A stretch of DNA of 64,000 bases, taken from contig CAYHXC010000004.1 of NCBI GenBank assembly GCA_964360585.1, positions 15,366 through 79,365 on the forward strand, written 5' to 3'. The position numbers and the translations under genes were made by a program. Shown here in pieces: positions 41,223 through 51,292 of the stretch; within the stretch, counting starts at the first letter, position 1, and every line of letters begins with the position of its first letter. The notes under the pieces were generated by a model. That model did not search any database. It had not been told where the DNA came from and saw nothing but the letters and a program-made list of their open reading frames with translations. Source of the DNA: an uncultured Candidatus Saccharibacteria bacterium. Its GTDB lineage: Bacteria; Patescibacteriota; Minisyncoccia; UBA6257; 2-01-FULL-56-20.

Positions 41223-41407
41223 GCCACCTCCTTATCGAGATACTACTCATTTTGTACTATGGCTGTCCTGAAGCGTCAATGAATCCTTCGGCCACCTCGA
41301 CGGTTTTGACAAACTCGCCGCTCGGGACAAGCAAGTTCCCTGGCCGGGCAGGCAGGACAAGTAGTTAGTGAATAAAAAAGCCGAGCTCGGGTGAGCTCAG
41401 CTTGGAT

Positions 41408-41782
41408 TTAGTGACGACGGATGAGGTCGAAGGACAGTGCTCCTTCTGGAGCGGGGATCACGACCACTCCAGGAATGCGTTTCAATGGCGGGCGACTGAC
41501 GAGCACGATCCGAACACGAGACGAGGAAACGAGACGCGCAAGAATCTCCGCCTGATGTGCGAACGAATTTGGTAAAAAAAGGACGGTGATTTGCCTCGGT
41601 TCATGCCAGACCATCTCTAAGATGTTTCCCGGTGTTGAGCGAACCCAAACGACTTCGGAGAATCCCGTCGCGATTTGTTCCTCGGGCGAAAGATCAGAAA
41701 ATCGGTCGACTAGTTCCGTTGCGGTATTGTCGGCTGCCCCGTGAAGGTCATTGTTTGCGACAATGAGCAGATCTCCATTCAT
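41408..41782 (-). CDS. hypothetical protein, paralogue-like of 40839-41222
   Basis: shared FSEV, TVLFL, AE.L motifs; AAGGAGG RBS. Confidence 0.6.
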   Translation of the reverse strand: MNGDLLIVANNDLHGAADNTATELVDRFSDLSPEEQIATGFSEVVWVRSTPGNILEMVWHEPRQITVLFLPNSFAHQAEILARLVSSSRVRIVLVSRPPLKRIPGVVVIPAPEGALSFDLIRRH

Positions 41783-41815
41783 ATAGTGGCCTCCTTATCG
41801 GTTTCGACTGACTTA

Positions 41816-42241
41816 CTAGTCTGGAAGTGTGATGCCGTTGTGGGCTAGTACCTGGGCCATGGCCTCTATGGTTCTGTGCCCAATCCTGTTATTGCGGATC
41901 TTTCGGAGACCATCTTTTCTTAACAGCAGCAAATCGCGTATGGTTGGAATGCTGGGAACACGTTTCTCAAATGGACTCCAAAGACTTGAGATCGCGGAGA
42001 ACCTTCTTCTTACGGGTACTCCCGCATCAATAAAACGCCCTTTGGTGAAAAAATCTTGCAGAGACATGTCCAGGAAATGTGTGGAAGCAACCTCCTGTAT
42101 GACCGTGGATATGTTCCGAATTGCAAGTGTGAAGACGACCTGCTCTTGAGGTCCAAGGATCCTTTCGGTCTCAGCCCATCGTTCGAGATCCGCTTGAATT
42201 TGGGTAGCCTTACTTTGGAGGAACTCATCCCTGTTAGGCAT
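41816..42241 (-). CDS. protein with RNA polymerase alpha-CTD-like domain
   Basis: IPTIRDLLLL...LRKIRN..IGHRTIEAMAQVLAHNGITL resembles alpha-CTD HhH. Confidence 0.55.
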   Translation of the reverse strand: MPNRDEFLQSKATQIQADLERWAETERILGPQEQVVFTLAIRNISTVIQEVASTHFLDMSLQDFFTKGRFIDAGVPVRRRFSAISSLWSPFEKRVPSIPTIRDLLLLRKDGLRKIRNNRIGHRTIEAMAQVLAHNGITLPD

Positions 42242-42333
42242 TAGATTCCTTTCTTTGCTAACTATTGAATACTATATTTGCAATTTTCTGTCAATGAAGT
42301 GGGAACCTTTCGACTCTCTGGTATAATAAGCCG

Positions 42334-42924
42334 GTGATATATAGTCTCTCGGGAAAAATTAAAAGCAAAGAAGGAAACGTGGTGGTTTTAGAGACGGGCG
42401 GCGTGGGATTCAAATTTCTCGCTAGTCATCAGACGATCAAGGCATTGCCAGCGGTGGGGCATGATGCCTTTGTTTATTCGCGACTCTATGTTCGGGATGA
42501 TAGTTTGGAGCTCTATGGTTTTGCGACGGCTGAAGAAATGGAGTTTTTCGAAATGCTTATTTCTGTTTCCGGTGTCGGACCAAAGTCTGCCATCGCGATC
42601 TTGGGTGTTTCCGATATGAGTTCGCTGGCGGCGGCGATCAAAGAAGGTCGGCCGGATTTGTTAACGCGGGTATCGGGCGTCGGGCGAAAAACTGCCGAAC
42701 GGATCATTGTGGAACTGAAGTCGAAAGTGAAGGCCGAACACGCGACGAAAGTTGTCGAAGGAATGGATTCCGATTCTGATGTGGTGGAGATGCTGGTTGG
42801 TTTGGGATATCGAAAAGAGCAGGTGGTGAACGTTTTGCGGGCGTTACCTGAAACGGTGACGAGCGTGGAGATGAAAGTGAAACAAGCGTTAAAGATTTTA
42901 GGTAATAAATCATCAAATGGATAA
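42334..42924 (+). CDS. ruvA: Holliday junction DNA-binding protein RuvA
   Basis: GGVGF, LYGF, VSGVGPKSA, GVGRKTAERIIVELK, LGY. Confidence 0.96.
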   Translation: MIYSLSGKIKSKEGNVVVLETGGVGFKFLASHQTIKALPAVGHDAFVYSRLYVRDDSLELYGFATAEEMEFFEMLISVSGVGPKSAIAILGVSDMSSLAAAIKEGRPDLLTRVSGVGRKTAERIIVELKSKVKAEHATKVVEGMDSDSDVVEMLVGLGYRKEQVVNVLRALPETVTSVEMKVKQALKILGNKSSNG

Positions 42925-43019
42925 AAAACACTGGTGGTTAGTAGTACTGGTTTTTGTTTCATTGGGTATAATTCTCATAGTAAAGTTGCTCTATGGATTT
43001 TGGTTAACTGGATAAAATT

Positions 43020-44366
43020 ATGAAACTAACATTTTGTGGCGGAGCGCAGGTGGTGACGGGTGCAAACTATTTATTGGAGTCAGAGGGCAAAAAAATATTA
43101 ATTGACTGTGGCCTGGAGCAGGGAGGATCATTTGTCGAAGGCAGAAACTTTAATCCATTTCCCTATAATCCGGCCGAGATCGAAGCAGTTTTTATTACGC
43201 ACGCCCATATTGATCACACCGGACTTCTGCCAAAACTCTATCGCGATGGATTTCGAGGGAAAGTGTATTCTACAGAACCGACACGAGAGTTTGCCGAACT
43301 GCTTCTCCTTGATTCGGAACATATCTTAACCGCGGAGGCGGAGCGACATGGTAAAGCCCCTTTGTATGAAACGCAGGATATTGAAGGAATAGTAAAGCTG
43401 TGGGAAGGCCTGAAATATCATCACAAAACCACCGTCGGTCCTTTTGTTATAGAATTTTTTGATGCCGGCCATATCTTGGGTTCGGCATTTATTCGCGTGA
43501 CGGCCGAAGGAAAAAAGGTAGTATTCTCGGGCGATCTCGGAAATTTTCCGGCGCCGATTATCCGGCCCACAGAATTTATTGATGACGCGGATTATTGTCT
43601 CATCGAGTCTACTTATGGTGGACGTGTCCACGAATCATCGGATCAGCGAAAGGTATCTCTCGAGCGAGCGATTGAGGATACAGTCAGAGCTGGTGGTGTA
43701 CTTTTGATTCCGGCCTTTGCCATGGAACGGACACAGGACCTTATCTATCAATTAAACGATTTAGTAGAAGCTGGCCGGGTGCCACGAATTCCGATCTATA
43801 TCGATAGTCCGTTGGCGATTAAACTCACCCTCGTCTACAAAAAATATGAGAACTACTTTAATGAAGAGGCCAGAGAGCAGATCCACGATGGCGATGATAT
43901 TTTAAATTTCCCCGGACTCCATTTTACGCTCACGACCGAAGAATCAAAAGCAATCAACTTTGCGCCAGCGCCGAAGATGGTGGTGGCTGGTTCGGGTATG
44001 TCGCATGGCGGCCGCATCTTGCATCACGAGATTCGCTACCTATCGGATCCTAAGAATATGCTTTTGATTATTGGATATCAGGCAAGTGGTTCAATGGGTC
44101 GGCGAGTGCTTGATGGGGCGAAATCGGTCAGGATTTTTGGAGAAGAGGTGCCGGTGCGCTGTCAGGTGCGATCAGCGACTGCATTTTCTGCTCACGCCGA
44201 TCAACCGCGACTGTTAGCTTGGCTTGAACCAATGAAAGCGAAACTGAAAAAGGTGTTTATTGTGCAGGGCGAGGAAGATCAGGCCAAAGCCTTAGAGACA
44301 AAAGTACGCGAGGAGTTGAAGCTTGAGGCGACTGTTCCGAAGATGGGGGATACAGTGGAACTTTAG
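43020..44366 (+). CDS. MBL-fold beta-CASP ribonuclease
   Basis: THAHIDHTG, AGHILGS, FSGDLG, ESTYG, FSAHAD. Confidence 0.92.
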   Translation: MKLTFCGGAQVVTGANYLLESEGKKILIDCGLEQGGSFVEGRNFNPFPYNPAEIEAVFITHAHIDHTGLLPKLYRDGFRGKVYSTEPTREFAELLLLDSEHILTAEAERHGKAPLYETQDIEGIVKLWEGLKYHHKTTVGPFVIEFFDAGHILGSAFIRVTAEGKKVVFSGDLGNFPAPIIRPTEFIDDADYCLIESTYGGRVHESSDQRKVSLERAIEDTVRAGGVLLIPAFAMERTQDLIYQLNDLVEAGRVPRIPIYIDSPLAIKLTLVYKKYENYFNEEAREQIHDGDDILNFPGLHFTLTTEESKAINFAPAPKMVVAGSGMSHGGRILHHEIRYLSDPKNMLLIIGYQASGSMGRRVLDGAKSVRIFGEEVPVRCQVRSATAFSAHADQPRLLAWLEPMKAKLKKVFIVQGEEDQAKALETKVREELKLEATVPKMGDTVEL

Positions 44367-44399
44367 TCCTCGTCCACTTCCCGAGTATACTTATTATAT

Positions 44400-45509
44400 A
44401 TGCCTGCTCTTTACTCGCCTTTTTTCTTTCGCGGCGCGGCCATGGTTATTGCGGCCACGATGGGCGTGGGAATTTTTGCTTTACCCTATGTCGTCGCGGA
44501 AGCTGGCTGGCTCACCAGCTTTTGCTATCTCGTTTTCGTAATTGCGATCACGGTTCAGACGCACAACTGGTACTGGCGCGTGCTTCAAAAAGCGGAAGGA
44601 CAGCGGCTTTTAGGTTTGATTGGGCGACACGGTGGGCGCGTTTTATTTTTCATTGCGTTCCTTTCTATTGTTGTCGGTTTACTTTTAGTCTTGGCGACGT
44701 ATCTCGTTTTAGCCGGATCGTTTTTCAATTTACTTTTCCCCGGACAAGAAAAAATTATCGGCGTGATGATTATTTGGCTTCTGGGATCGTTGCCGCTTTT
44801 AGCCGGCGTGCGACGACTGACGATCCTCGAATCCCTGGGAGCGTTGGCTACATTTTTTATACTTCTCGGACTCTTCTCTCACGCGTTGTGGCAGGGCGGG
44901 CAGTTTCCGGCAGTTCCGGCCGCGACCGCTAATTTTTTCCTGCCATTCGGACCGCTCCTTTTTGCGCTCGCAGGTTGGACGGCGCTTGAACCGATTTACG
45001 ATACCGAGGAGCGGAAAAAAGCGGGCGATGGTTTTCGGGGAGTGGCCTGGGGAACGGTTCTCGCCGGATTTTTCTATGTTGTTTTCGTGACTTCCATATT
45101 TCTTCTGACCTCCGAAATTTCTTCAGACACCATCTCGAGTCTTTCACTTTGGCCTGGCTGGGAGCGCATTCTTTTAAGTTTCTTTGGACTTCTCTTGATC
45201 ACGAACGCCTATATTCCCATCGCCTGGGAAGTGCATACGGCTCTCGAAAAAGATTTATATCTCGGCCGATGGGCGTTTGTCGTGCCGATGGTTGTGCCGC
45301 TCGGTTTGTTTTTAATGGGGTTGAATAGTTTTTTCTTACTCGTCAGTTTGGTCGGTGGATTGTTCTTGAGTCTACAGTATTTAGGAATCGTTTTTGTTTC
45401 TTCGCGAGTACTGGTCTTTTCTAAAAAAGAAAAGATTCTAGCCACTATTATCGCCTTCGTTTTCGCCCTCGCCGCTTTCTATGAGGCGTTGTCGTTCTTG
45501 CTGCGTTAA
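44400..45509 (+). CDS. amino acid permease (aromatic amino acid transporter-like)
   Basis: GVGIFALPY, PFGPLLFALAG, ~11 TM. Confidence 0.8.
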   Translation: MPALYSPFFFRGAAMVIAATMGVGIFALPYVVAEAGWLTSFCYLVFVIAITVQTHNWYWRVLQKAEGQRLLGLIGRHGGRVLFFIAFLSIVVGLLLVLATYLVLAGSFFNLLFPGQEKIIGVMIIWLLGSLPLLAGVRRLTILESLGALATFFILLGLFSHALWQGGQFPAVPAATANFFLPFGPLLFALAGWTALEPIYDTEERKKAGDGFRGVAWGTVLAGFFYVVFVTSIFLLTSEISSDTISSLSLWPGWERILLSFFGLLLITNAYIPIAWEVHTALEKDLYLGRWAFVVPMVVPLGLFLMGLNSFFLLVSLVGGLFLSLQYLGIVFVSSRVLVFSKKEKILATIIAFVFALAAFYEALSFLLR

Positions 45510-46435
45510 AGGTTGTCACTAGGATTTGATTGGGCGATCAGCTCATCTACGGAAAGAGGGTACATAGAGTCAATCATTTTTACTACTTCTTGTATTTGAT
45601 AATCAGTGAGTGAAGTGTTTTTAGTGGGAGAAAATTTGAATACGATTACGGTATTTTCTATCGCAGTTGCTAAATTAGGCGTCCGAACAAAGGTTGAAGA
45701 ATAACGATATGTCGGGTATGCTTTCTTTTCATACTGATACACCGAGAAACCCTTGTCTGTTTTGGCAACCAATGCGCATTGATCTCGGCCTAAATCAAAA
45801 TTCCCTTCCAAATATACATAAGGGCAGTCGCCATCTTTTCTAAGTACGCCTTCACGAATTTCCATTCCCATATTGCTATTGCTTGGATCCAAAATCAGAG
45901 CTGAGATTTCGGGTGTCTCATCTGTGAAAAAATAATCTCGAATCGTATACGACAGAGACTCAGTTTCGGGTGGCGCGTAGATGGCTCGATATACTGTAAA
46001 GGGTAGCTGGCGCAGTGTTGCTTCTACCTGAGCTTGATGTTTCTTCTTGCCAATCTCCTCGTCTGCTTTCGCCGAAGTATCTAACTGGCGTAACAGAAGC
46101 GAGCTTGAGATAACAGTGACCACAATGGTGAGAATAAAAACAACAATGTCCAAAATAAGATCATTTTGAATACGTAGTACTTTGGGAGCGATAAATTGGC
46201 GCAGAAATATATATAGAAAAATACTAACTATAGTGCCAGCAGAGAAGATAAAAATACCTATAAAGGCGGCAAATCCTCCGACTTTGCAAAAAGTGTCACT
46301 CCAGCCTTCTCCTAAACAGGACAGAGATCTTAGAAAGAAAAAAATATAGAACACTACTAGTGTACCACCGATTACTCCCATAAGAGATACAGGCCACCAG
46401 AATGGCCGGAACATCTTTTTAAGCGTTTCTTTCAT
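45506..46435 (-). CDS. hypothetical membrane protein
   Basis: 3 N-terminal TM plus soluble domain. Confidence 0.65.
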   Translation of the reverse strand: MKETLKKMFRPFWWPVSLMGVIGGTLVVFYIFFFLRSLSCLGEGWSDTFCKVGGFAAFIGIFIFSAGTIVSIFLYIFLRQFIAPKVLRIQNDLILDIVVFILTIVVTVISSSLLLRQLDTSAKADEEIGKKKHQAQVEATLRQLPFTVYRAIYAPPETESLSYTIRDYFFTDETPEISALILDPSNSNMGMEIREGVLRKDGDCPYVYLEGNFDLGRDQCALVAKTDKGFSVYQYEKKAYPTYRYSSTFVRTPNLATAIENTVIVFKFSPTKNTSLTDYQIQEVVKMIDSMYPLSVDELIAQSNPSDNL

Positions 46436-46549
46436 CTTTATATAATACTATAAAAAACGAGGACTTGTTTTCTGTACCCGCTCCACTTTAAAATGCTAGT
46501 TTTTTGTTTCTGTATAAACATAAAGTCTGCGCCTTTCTTTTTTTCTCCG

Positions 46550-46609
46550 TGCCCTCGGCAGGAATCCCCGCCTGCGCCAAGGCTTCGGCGGGCAGGGAAC
46601 CTGCATCTC
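46550..46609 (-). pseudogene. tRNA-Arg-like 3' half with 30-bp palindrome inserted in the T-loop
   Basis: GCAGGTTC[CCTGCCCGCCGAAGCCTTGGCGCAGGCGGG]GATTCCTGCCGAGGGCA. Confidence 0.7.
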
Positions 46610-46628
46610 AAACTCCCTCCCATGAATG

Positions 46629-46702
46629 TGTCTCCGGGCCGACTTGAACGGCCAGTCTTTGGCTTCGGAGGCCAACGTGTTATCCAATTACACTACGGAG
46701 AC
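46629..46702 (-). tRNA. tRNA-Arg(CCG)
   Basis: cloverleaf; TTGGC-CTCCGAA-GCCAA anticodon arm, GTTCAAGTC T-loop. Confidence 0.92.
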
Positions 46703-46905
46703 ATTTCAGAATCCTAGCCATTGCCTGTCCGTCCGAAGTTCCGTTTTGGCGGAATGAAGGAGGAAACGACGAGGGCGTTCCTTCGCGTAAAGCTTCGGGT
46801 GGGCAAGCGATGACTCACAAACTATACCCATCTTCTTCTGTTTTCTCAAATAAAAAACCGCGTACCTCGGGTGAGGTCGCGGCGGTTTGCGATGCGGAAA
46901 GAACT

Positions 46906-47229
46906 TCAGTCGTTGTCGGGCGACCAGGGGATCTCGGATCCGTCCGGTTGGATGAAGATCGTTGTCCCCGGAATGAGCCGGCAGGCTTTCTCGAAATCAA
47001 CGTTGTAACGATGTTTCATCGTACGACGTGTCTCGGGACCACAGCTGCCGTCGGTGTCGATTCCGTTCCTTGCTTGGAGTTGGGACATAGCACCGGCAGT
47101 GACGTCTCCATAGTTGCCGTCGAACACGATGTCCTTTCCGTAGCCTGCTCCGCAGGCTACGAGTTGGGGAATCAGAGTGTGAGGACCTTTCGATCCTTTT
47201 TCCATGAATGGCGGAATCGGTTGCGCCAT
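46906..47229 (-). CDS. peptidoglycan-binding domain protein
   Basis: DGNYGDVT..A..QLQARNGIDTDGSCGPET. Confidence 0.75.
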   Translation of the reverse strand: MAQPIPPFMEKGSKGPHTLIPQLVACGAGYGKDIVFDGNYGDVTAGAMSQLQARNGIDTDGSCGPETRRTMKHRYNVDFEKACRLIPGTTIFIQPDGSEIPWSPDND

Positions 47230-47454
47230 ACTTTCGAATCCTCCTGGCACGTTTTTAGCATATTCATTATTCCTTTGTCCAGAAAATGAAAAAGCAATGG
47301 ATGTCATTGCGAGGAGCTCCGGCAACCGCCGGAGCGACGTGGCAATCTTTTTTAGATCGCCACGCTACGTCGAGTTGAACTCGACTACGCTCGCGATGAC
47401 ATATGGAAAGTAAAGGGGAGAAAAACCGCCACTGGCGGTTTTTCTCCCCTTTAC

Positions 47455-48576
47455 TTACTTCTTCAATTTCAAAGCAATACGTTTCTCTTCGGGTTTTACT
47501 GAATCAATAACGAAGGAGTGCTTCTCGTCTAAGACCAATTTCTTTTTCATGTCTTCGATACTGCCAAACTCAGAGACGTGGATCATGCCCTGGAGGCCAT
47601 GGTTCAAATTGATGATGGCGCCGAACTGGTTGAACTGATAAACCGAACCGGAAACATCCTCTCCAGCTTTGAACAGCTCACCGGCATTTTTCCACGGATC
47701 ATCCTGCAAGGCTTTCAAGGACAAGAAGAGGCGATCTTCCTTAATATCAATAATTTTTGCTTCGGCCACTTCGCCCACCTGGATAACTTCCTTCGGGTTG
47801 GCGACGATGCGGTAGCTCAACTCTGAGATGTGGATTAAGCCTTCAACTTGTGGATTGTCGACGAAGCGAACAAAGACACCGAAATTGGCGAGGCTCGTCA
47901 CTAACACTTTCACGAGCTGGCCAACGGTGTACTGGGAGACGAGCTCCTTCACGTTCGAAGCTAACGTTTCGCGCTCGGAGATAATCAATTTGTTCAAGCG
48001 GGGATTGATGTCGATGATTTTCACACTCAACTCCTGGCCGATAAATTTCTTCAGCTCCTCTCCAATTTTTTGTTTATCACCATCGTCAACTTTCGGGTAG
48101 TTTTCCTGCGAGAGCTGGGAGACAGGGAGGAAGGCCTTCAGATCGAAGAGGTCGGCGGTCAGTCCTCCAGTATTCGAACCGCTCACTTTTACCTTGAGAA
48201 CCACACCTTCGTCCTGCGCATCCTTCACTTTTTGCCAGAGTTGCTGCTTGCCGGCTTCGGTCAGGGAGATTTCGATATAGCCAGCTTTGTTTTCCAAAGA
48301 GATAATCTTGGCCGGCAGTTTTTCGCCAGGGGCCATTTTCTTCAGAAGCTCGCGGGCGTTGGCCATCTCCACACCGGAGACGATACCGGTACCAAAGCGG
48401 CCAAGGTCAAAAAACACGCCACGGGAGTTCTTACTCATGAGTTCAGCATCAACTACGTCGCCTTCCTTTATATACTTCACCGTCTGGAGCTGATTCTTCA
48501 AAACCTGCGACAGGGTCTGAGGCAGGTTCTTGCTCTCATCGGTCACTTCGTTCGTTTTTATTTCGTCGGTTTTCAT
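47455..48576 (-). CDS. rpsA: 30S ribosomal protein S1 (four S1 domains)
   Basis: AFLPVSQL, FGVFV...EGLIHISEL, GMIHVSE repeats. Confidence 0.92.
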   Translation of the reverse strand: MKTDEIKTNEVTDESKNLPQTLSQVLKNQLQTVKYIKEGDVVDAELMSKNSRGVFFDLGRFGTGIVSGVEMANARELLKKMAPGEKLPAKIISLENKAGYIEISLTEAGKQQLWQKVKDAQDEGVVLKVKVSGSNTGGLTADLFDLKAFLPVSQLSQENYPKVDDGDKQKIGEELKKFIGQELSVKIIDINPRLNKLIISERETLASNVKELVSQYTVGQLVKVLVTSLANFGVFVRFVDNPQVEGLIHISELSYRIVANPKEVIQVGEVAEAKIIDIKEDRLFLSLKALQDDPWKNAGELFKAGEDVSGSVYQFNQFGAIINLNHGLQGMIHVSEFGSIEDMKKKLVLDEKHSFVIDSVKPEEKRIALKLKK

Positions 48577-48719
48577 ATCGGATAATAGAAATGAGACTGT
48601 CTTGATCTAGTCTCTGTGCTTTACATTAATAATGTATCTTAAATTCAAGATTTTAAGATGCGTTCCAGTATAGGGGACCCCCTTCGGGAAAGCAAGGGTT
48701 CGTTGTAGCTAGTAAAAAA

Positions 48720-49975
48720 GGTTACCGTAATCACCTCGGGTAGATAGTAATTCGGTTACCGTAGTCTCTATGACTATGACAACCAAGAAAAACATACTGC
48801 GAGAACACCTGGCTACGTGGCTGGCAGCCAGAGGAGACAAGAAGAAAAGAGGCGAACTACTGAAGCATATCTGCTTTGTAACCGGGATCAGTCCCAAGTC
48901 AGTACCTCGCTCCTTCCGGCGAGTCCAGCTCCATGATCCTGGGGTCGGTGAGCACCGGGGAAGAAAGACCTACTACACCCCCGATGTCATCCTGGCACTT
49001 CGGGATGTCTCGGAGGTAGCGAACCATCCCTGCGGAGAGAATCTTCATGCCCTGATCGGAGAGTATGTCCGCGTGATGATCCGGGACAAGCACTGGCGTC
49101 ATGATCCGGAGGTAACCAGAAAACTGCTTGAGATGAGCGAGGGAACGGTCAAGGTATATGCTGGTCGGTTTGTCCATCTCCGACAGATGATCCGAGGCAA
49201 GAGCCTAACTAAGGCAGGCAGTATCCGCTCGGCTATCCCTATCCGGATGGGCCCGTGGGAGAGAGCGGGAGTGGGAACGCTACAGGTTGATACGGTAGCC
49301 CACTGTGGGGATACTGTATCCGGAGACTTTGTCTATACCGTAAACGCCACGGATGTCCCCACTCTCTGGGGTGAGCGTCGAAGTCAGTGGCAGAAGGGAC
49401 AGGAAGCCACCGTGAGAAGTATGACAATAATCAACGACCGTGTTCCCTTTCCTGTCATCGAGTGGCATCCTGACTCAGGGAGTGAGTTCGTAAACTGGCA
49501 CTCTAAAGCTTGGTGCGAAGCGCGGGGACAGAAGCTGACTCGGTCTCGGCCAAACCATAAGAACGACAACTGCTATGTAGAAGAGCGCAATGGCCATGTG
49601 GTCCGGAAGTATGTGGGGTATACCCGGCTTGATGTGCGAGAGGTGGTTCTCATTCTGAACCAGTGCTACGATGTCCTCACTCCCTACCTCAACCACTTCA
49701 TTCCCTCACGCCGAATTATAAAAAAGGAACGAGTCGGGGCTCGCTGGAAGATTACGCGAGAGAAGAAGTCCTTGACGCCCTATGCCCGAATGCTTCTTCG
49801 CGCTGATGTGTCGCTCGAGATCAAACACCGATTGCGAGAGGAGCACGAGCGGTTGAATCCGCTCGTGCTGAAGCAGGAGATTGACCGACGACTTGCGAGG
49901 GTGTTTGATGTATGTAAACGCTACGGCAAACCGAAACTACCAGGGGGATTACGGTAACCGTTTATTTCTATCTAC
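48720..49975 (+). mobile_element. insertion sequence (integrase-core DDE, ISNCY/IS481-like)
   Basis: inverted motifs GGTTACCGTAATC (48720-32; second copy ~48754) and GATTACGGTAACC (49947-59); GTAGATAG/CTATCTAC. Confidence 0.8.
48770..49957 (+). CDS. DDE transposase
   Basis: QVDTVAHCG, HPDSGSEFVN, RSRPNHKNDNCYVEERN. Confidence 0.9.
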   Translation: MTMTTKKNILREHLATWLAARGDKKKRGELLKHICFVTGISPKSVPRSFRRVQLHDPGVGEHRGRKTYYTPDVILALRDVSEVANHPCGENLHALIGEYVRVMIRDKHWRHDPEVTRKLLEMSEGTVKVYAGRFVHLRQMIRGKSLTKAGSIRSAIPIRMGPWERAGVGTLQVDTVAHCGDTVSGDFVYTVNATDVPTLWGERRSQWQKGQEATVRSMTIINDRVPFPVIEWHPDSGSEFVNWHSKAWCEARGQKLTRSRPNHKNDNCYVEERNGHVVRKYVGYTRLDVREVVLILNQCYDVLTPYLNHFIPSRRIIKKERVGARWKITREKKSLTPYARMLLRADVSLEIKHRLREEHERLNPLVLKQEIDRRLARVFDVCKRYGKPKLPGGLR

Positions 49976-50012
49976 TGCGGGGTTTATGAATACGAAATAA
50001 AAAAAGCAGAAG

Positions 50013-50210
50013 TTATTCCTCCTGCCTTCCGAGAATTATTTTAGCGAGTAGCCGCTCGGTTGCGTCGCCGGTACGGGTTTTCTCATCCAGAAAATCGTGG
50101 ATTCCGATGAGTCGTCTCACTACTTCTGCAACAGGAATTTTCAGCTGAGTTGCGATTTCTTGCAGGCGTTGTTTAGCCAGCGGTGTTAATTCAGTTGGCT
50201 TGTCGGCCAT
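50013..50210 (-). CDS. small RHH-like hypothetical protein
   Basis: GGAGG RBS; LQEIATQLKIPVAEVVRRLI. Confidence 0.5.
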   Translation of the reverse strand: MADKPTELTPLAKQRLQEIATQLKIPVAEVVRRLIGIHDFLDEKTRTGDATERLLAKIILGRQEE

Positions 50211-50329
50211 TTCTATTCCTCCCACCCGTTTGTTCTAGTAGTTTTATACCGTACATACGATCTTCGGTCAACCCAATTAATGACTAAAATGGGTTGAAAA
50301 TCGATCCGGTTTCGAGTACACTCTTAGGC

Positions 50330-50893
50330 GTGATAATTACCTATTTTGGCGACCAGTGCTTCCGGGTGGAGAGCGGTTCGACCAGCATTTTAGTGGATCC
50401 CACGAGTAATCGCCTGAAGGGCGACATCATTTTGCGGACCTCGGTTTCGCCTAATGAGATACCAGCCGAGAAGGCGGAGATAACCTTTGCCGGCGAGTAC
50501 GAGATTGGCGGGATTGAGATCCAGGGCTGGCAGTTGGAACAATCAAACGCCAAGCATTTGGCGACCGTTTACGCGGTGACCTGGGAAGGCATTCGGTTAG
50601 TTTTTTTGGATAGCGCCAAAGGGCCTATTCCCACGGAAATTCTTGACCAGTTTGGCGAAGTGGATGTTTTATTTGTGCCGACTGGCGGTGATTTTCTTTC
50701 AGTTGAGGACGCCGTTGCGCTTACCAAAAAAATCGAACCGAAATTTATTATTCCCTATGGACCGAAAGCGGGGAGTGACTTTTTGAAAAAAATTGGACAG
50801 TCAGCTGAGCCACAGGAGAAGATTGTGTTTAAGAAAAAAGAGTTGGAAGCAGTTGATCAAAAAGTTGTGCTCTTAGCCCCGTATAATTCATAA
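50330..50893 (+). CDS. MBL-fold metallo-hydrolase-like protein
   Basis: ITYFGDQCFRV...ILVDP...GEYEIGG...DVLFVPTGG...IEPKFIIP. Confidence 0.75.
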   Translation: MIITYFGDQCFRVESGSTSILVDPTSNRLKGDIILRTSVSPNEIPAEKAEITFAGEYEIGGIEIQGWQLEQSNAKHLATVYAVTWEGIRLVFLDSAKGPIPTEILDQFGEVDVLFVPTGGDFLSVEDAVALTKKIEPKFIIPYGPKAGSDFLKKIGQSAEPQEKIVFKKKELEAVDQKVVLLAPYNS

Positions 50894-50896
50894 ACT

Positions 50897-51241
50897 ATGT
50901 CGCCCTTGGGACAATCATTTCTTCATAAGCTCCAGGATTCCGATCACGGTCGCAAGCGGTATATTTTGATTCTGGGGAGTGGATGTACCATGATCGTTAT
51001 TTTGGGAATTTTGTTTTCAACAACATCGCTTTTTCGAGTGGCAGGTGAAAAGCAAACAGCATTAGTTCGTCCGGATTTTTCTCTCTGGAAAAGCATGAAA
51101 GGAGCAAGTATAGTGATAGCCCAATCAGCTGTTGAGCGAGTGAGTTCAGCGGGCAGTGTTTTTAGCCAGAAGAAAAATATTGTTATAAAGCCAACCAATG
51201 AAATCCGAAATTCGAATATCGAAATCCGAAACAATGATTAA
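50897..51241 (+). CDS. small membrane protein
   Basis: single TM; upstream of gyrA. Confidence 0.6.
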   Translation: MSPLGQSFLHKLQDSDHGRKRYILILGSGCTMIVILGILFSTTSLFRVAGEKQTALVRPDFSLWKSMKGASIVIAQSAVERVSSAGSVFSQKKNIVIKPTNEIRNSNIEIRNND

Positions 51242-51292
51242 TTTCCTAATTTCAAATTTAGCAGTCCCAGTTTTTAGTTATTAGTTATTATT

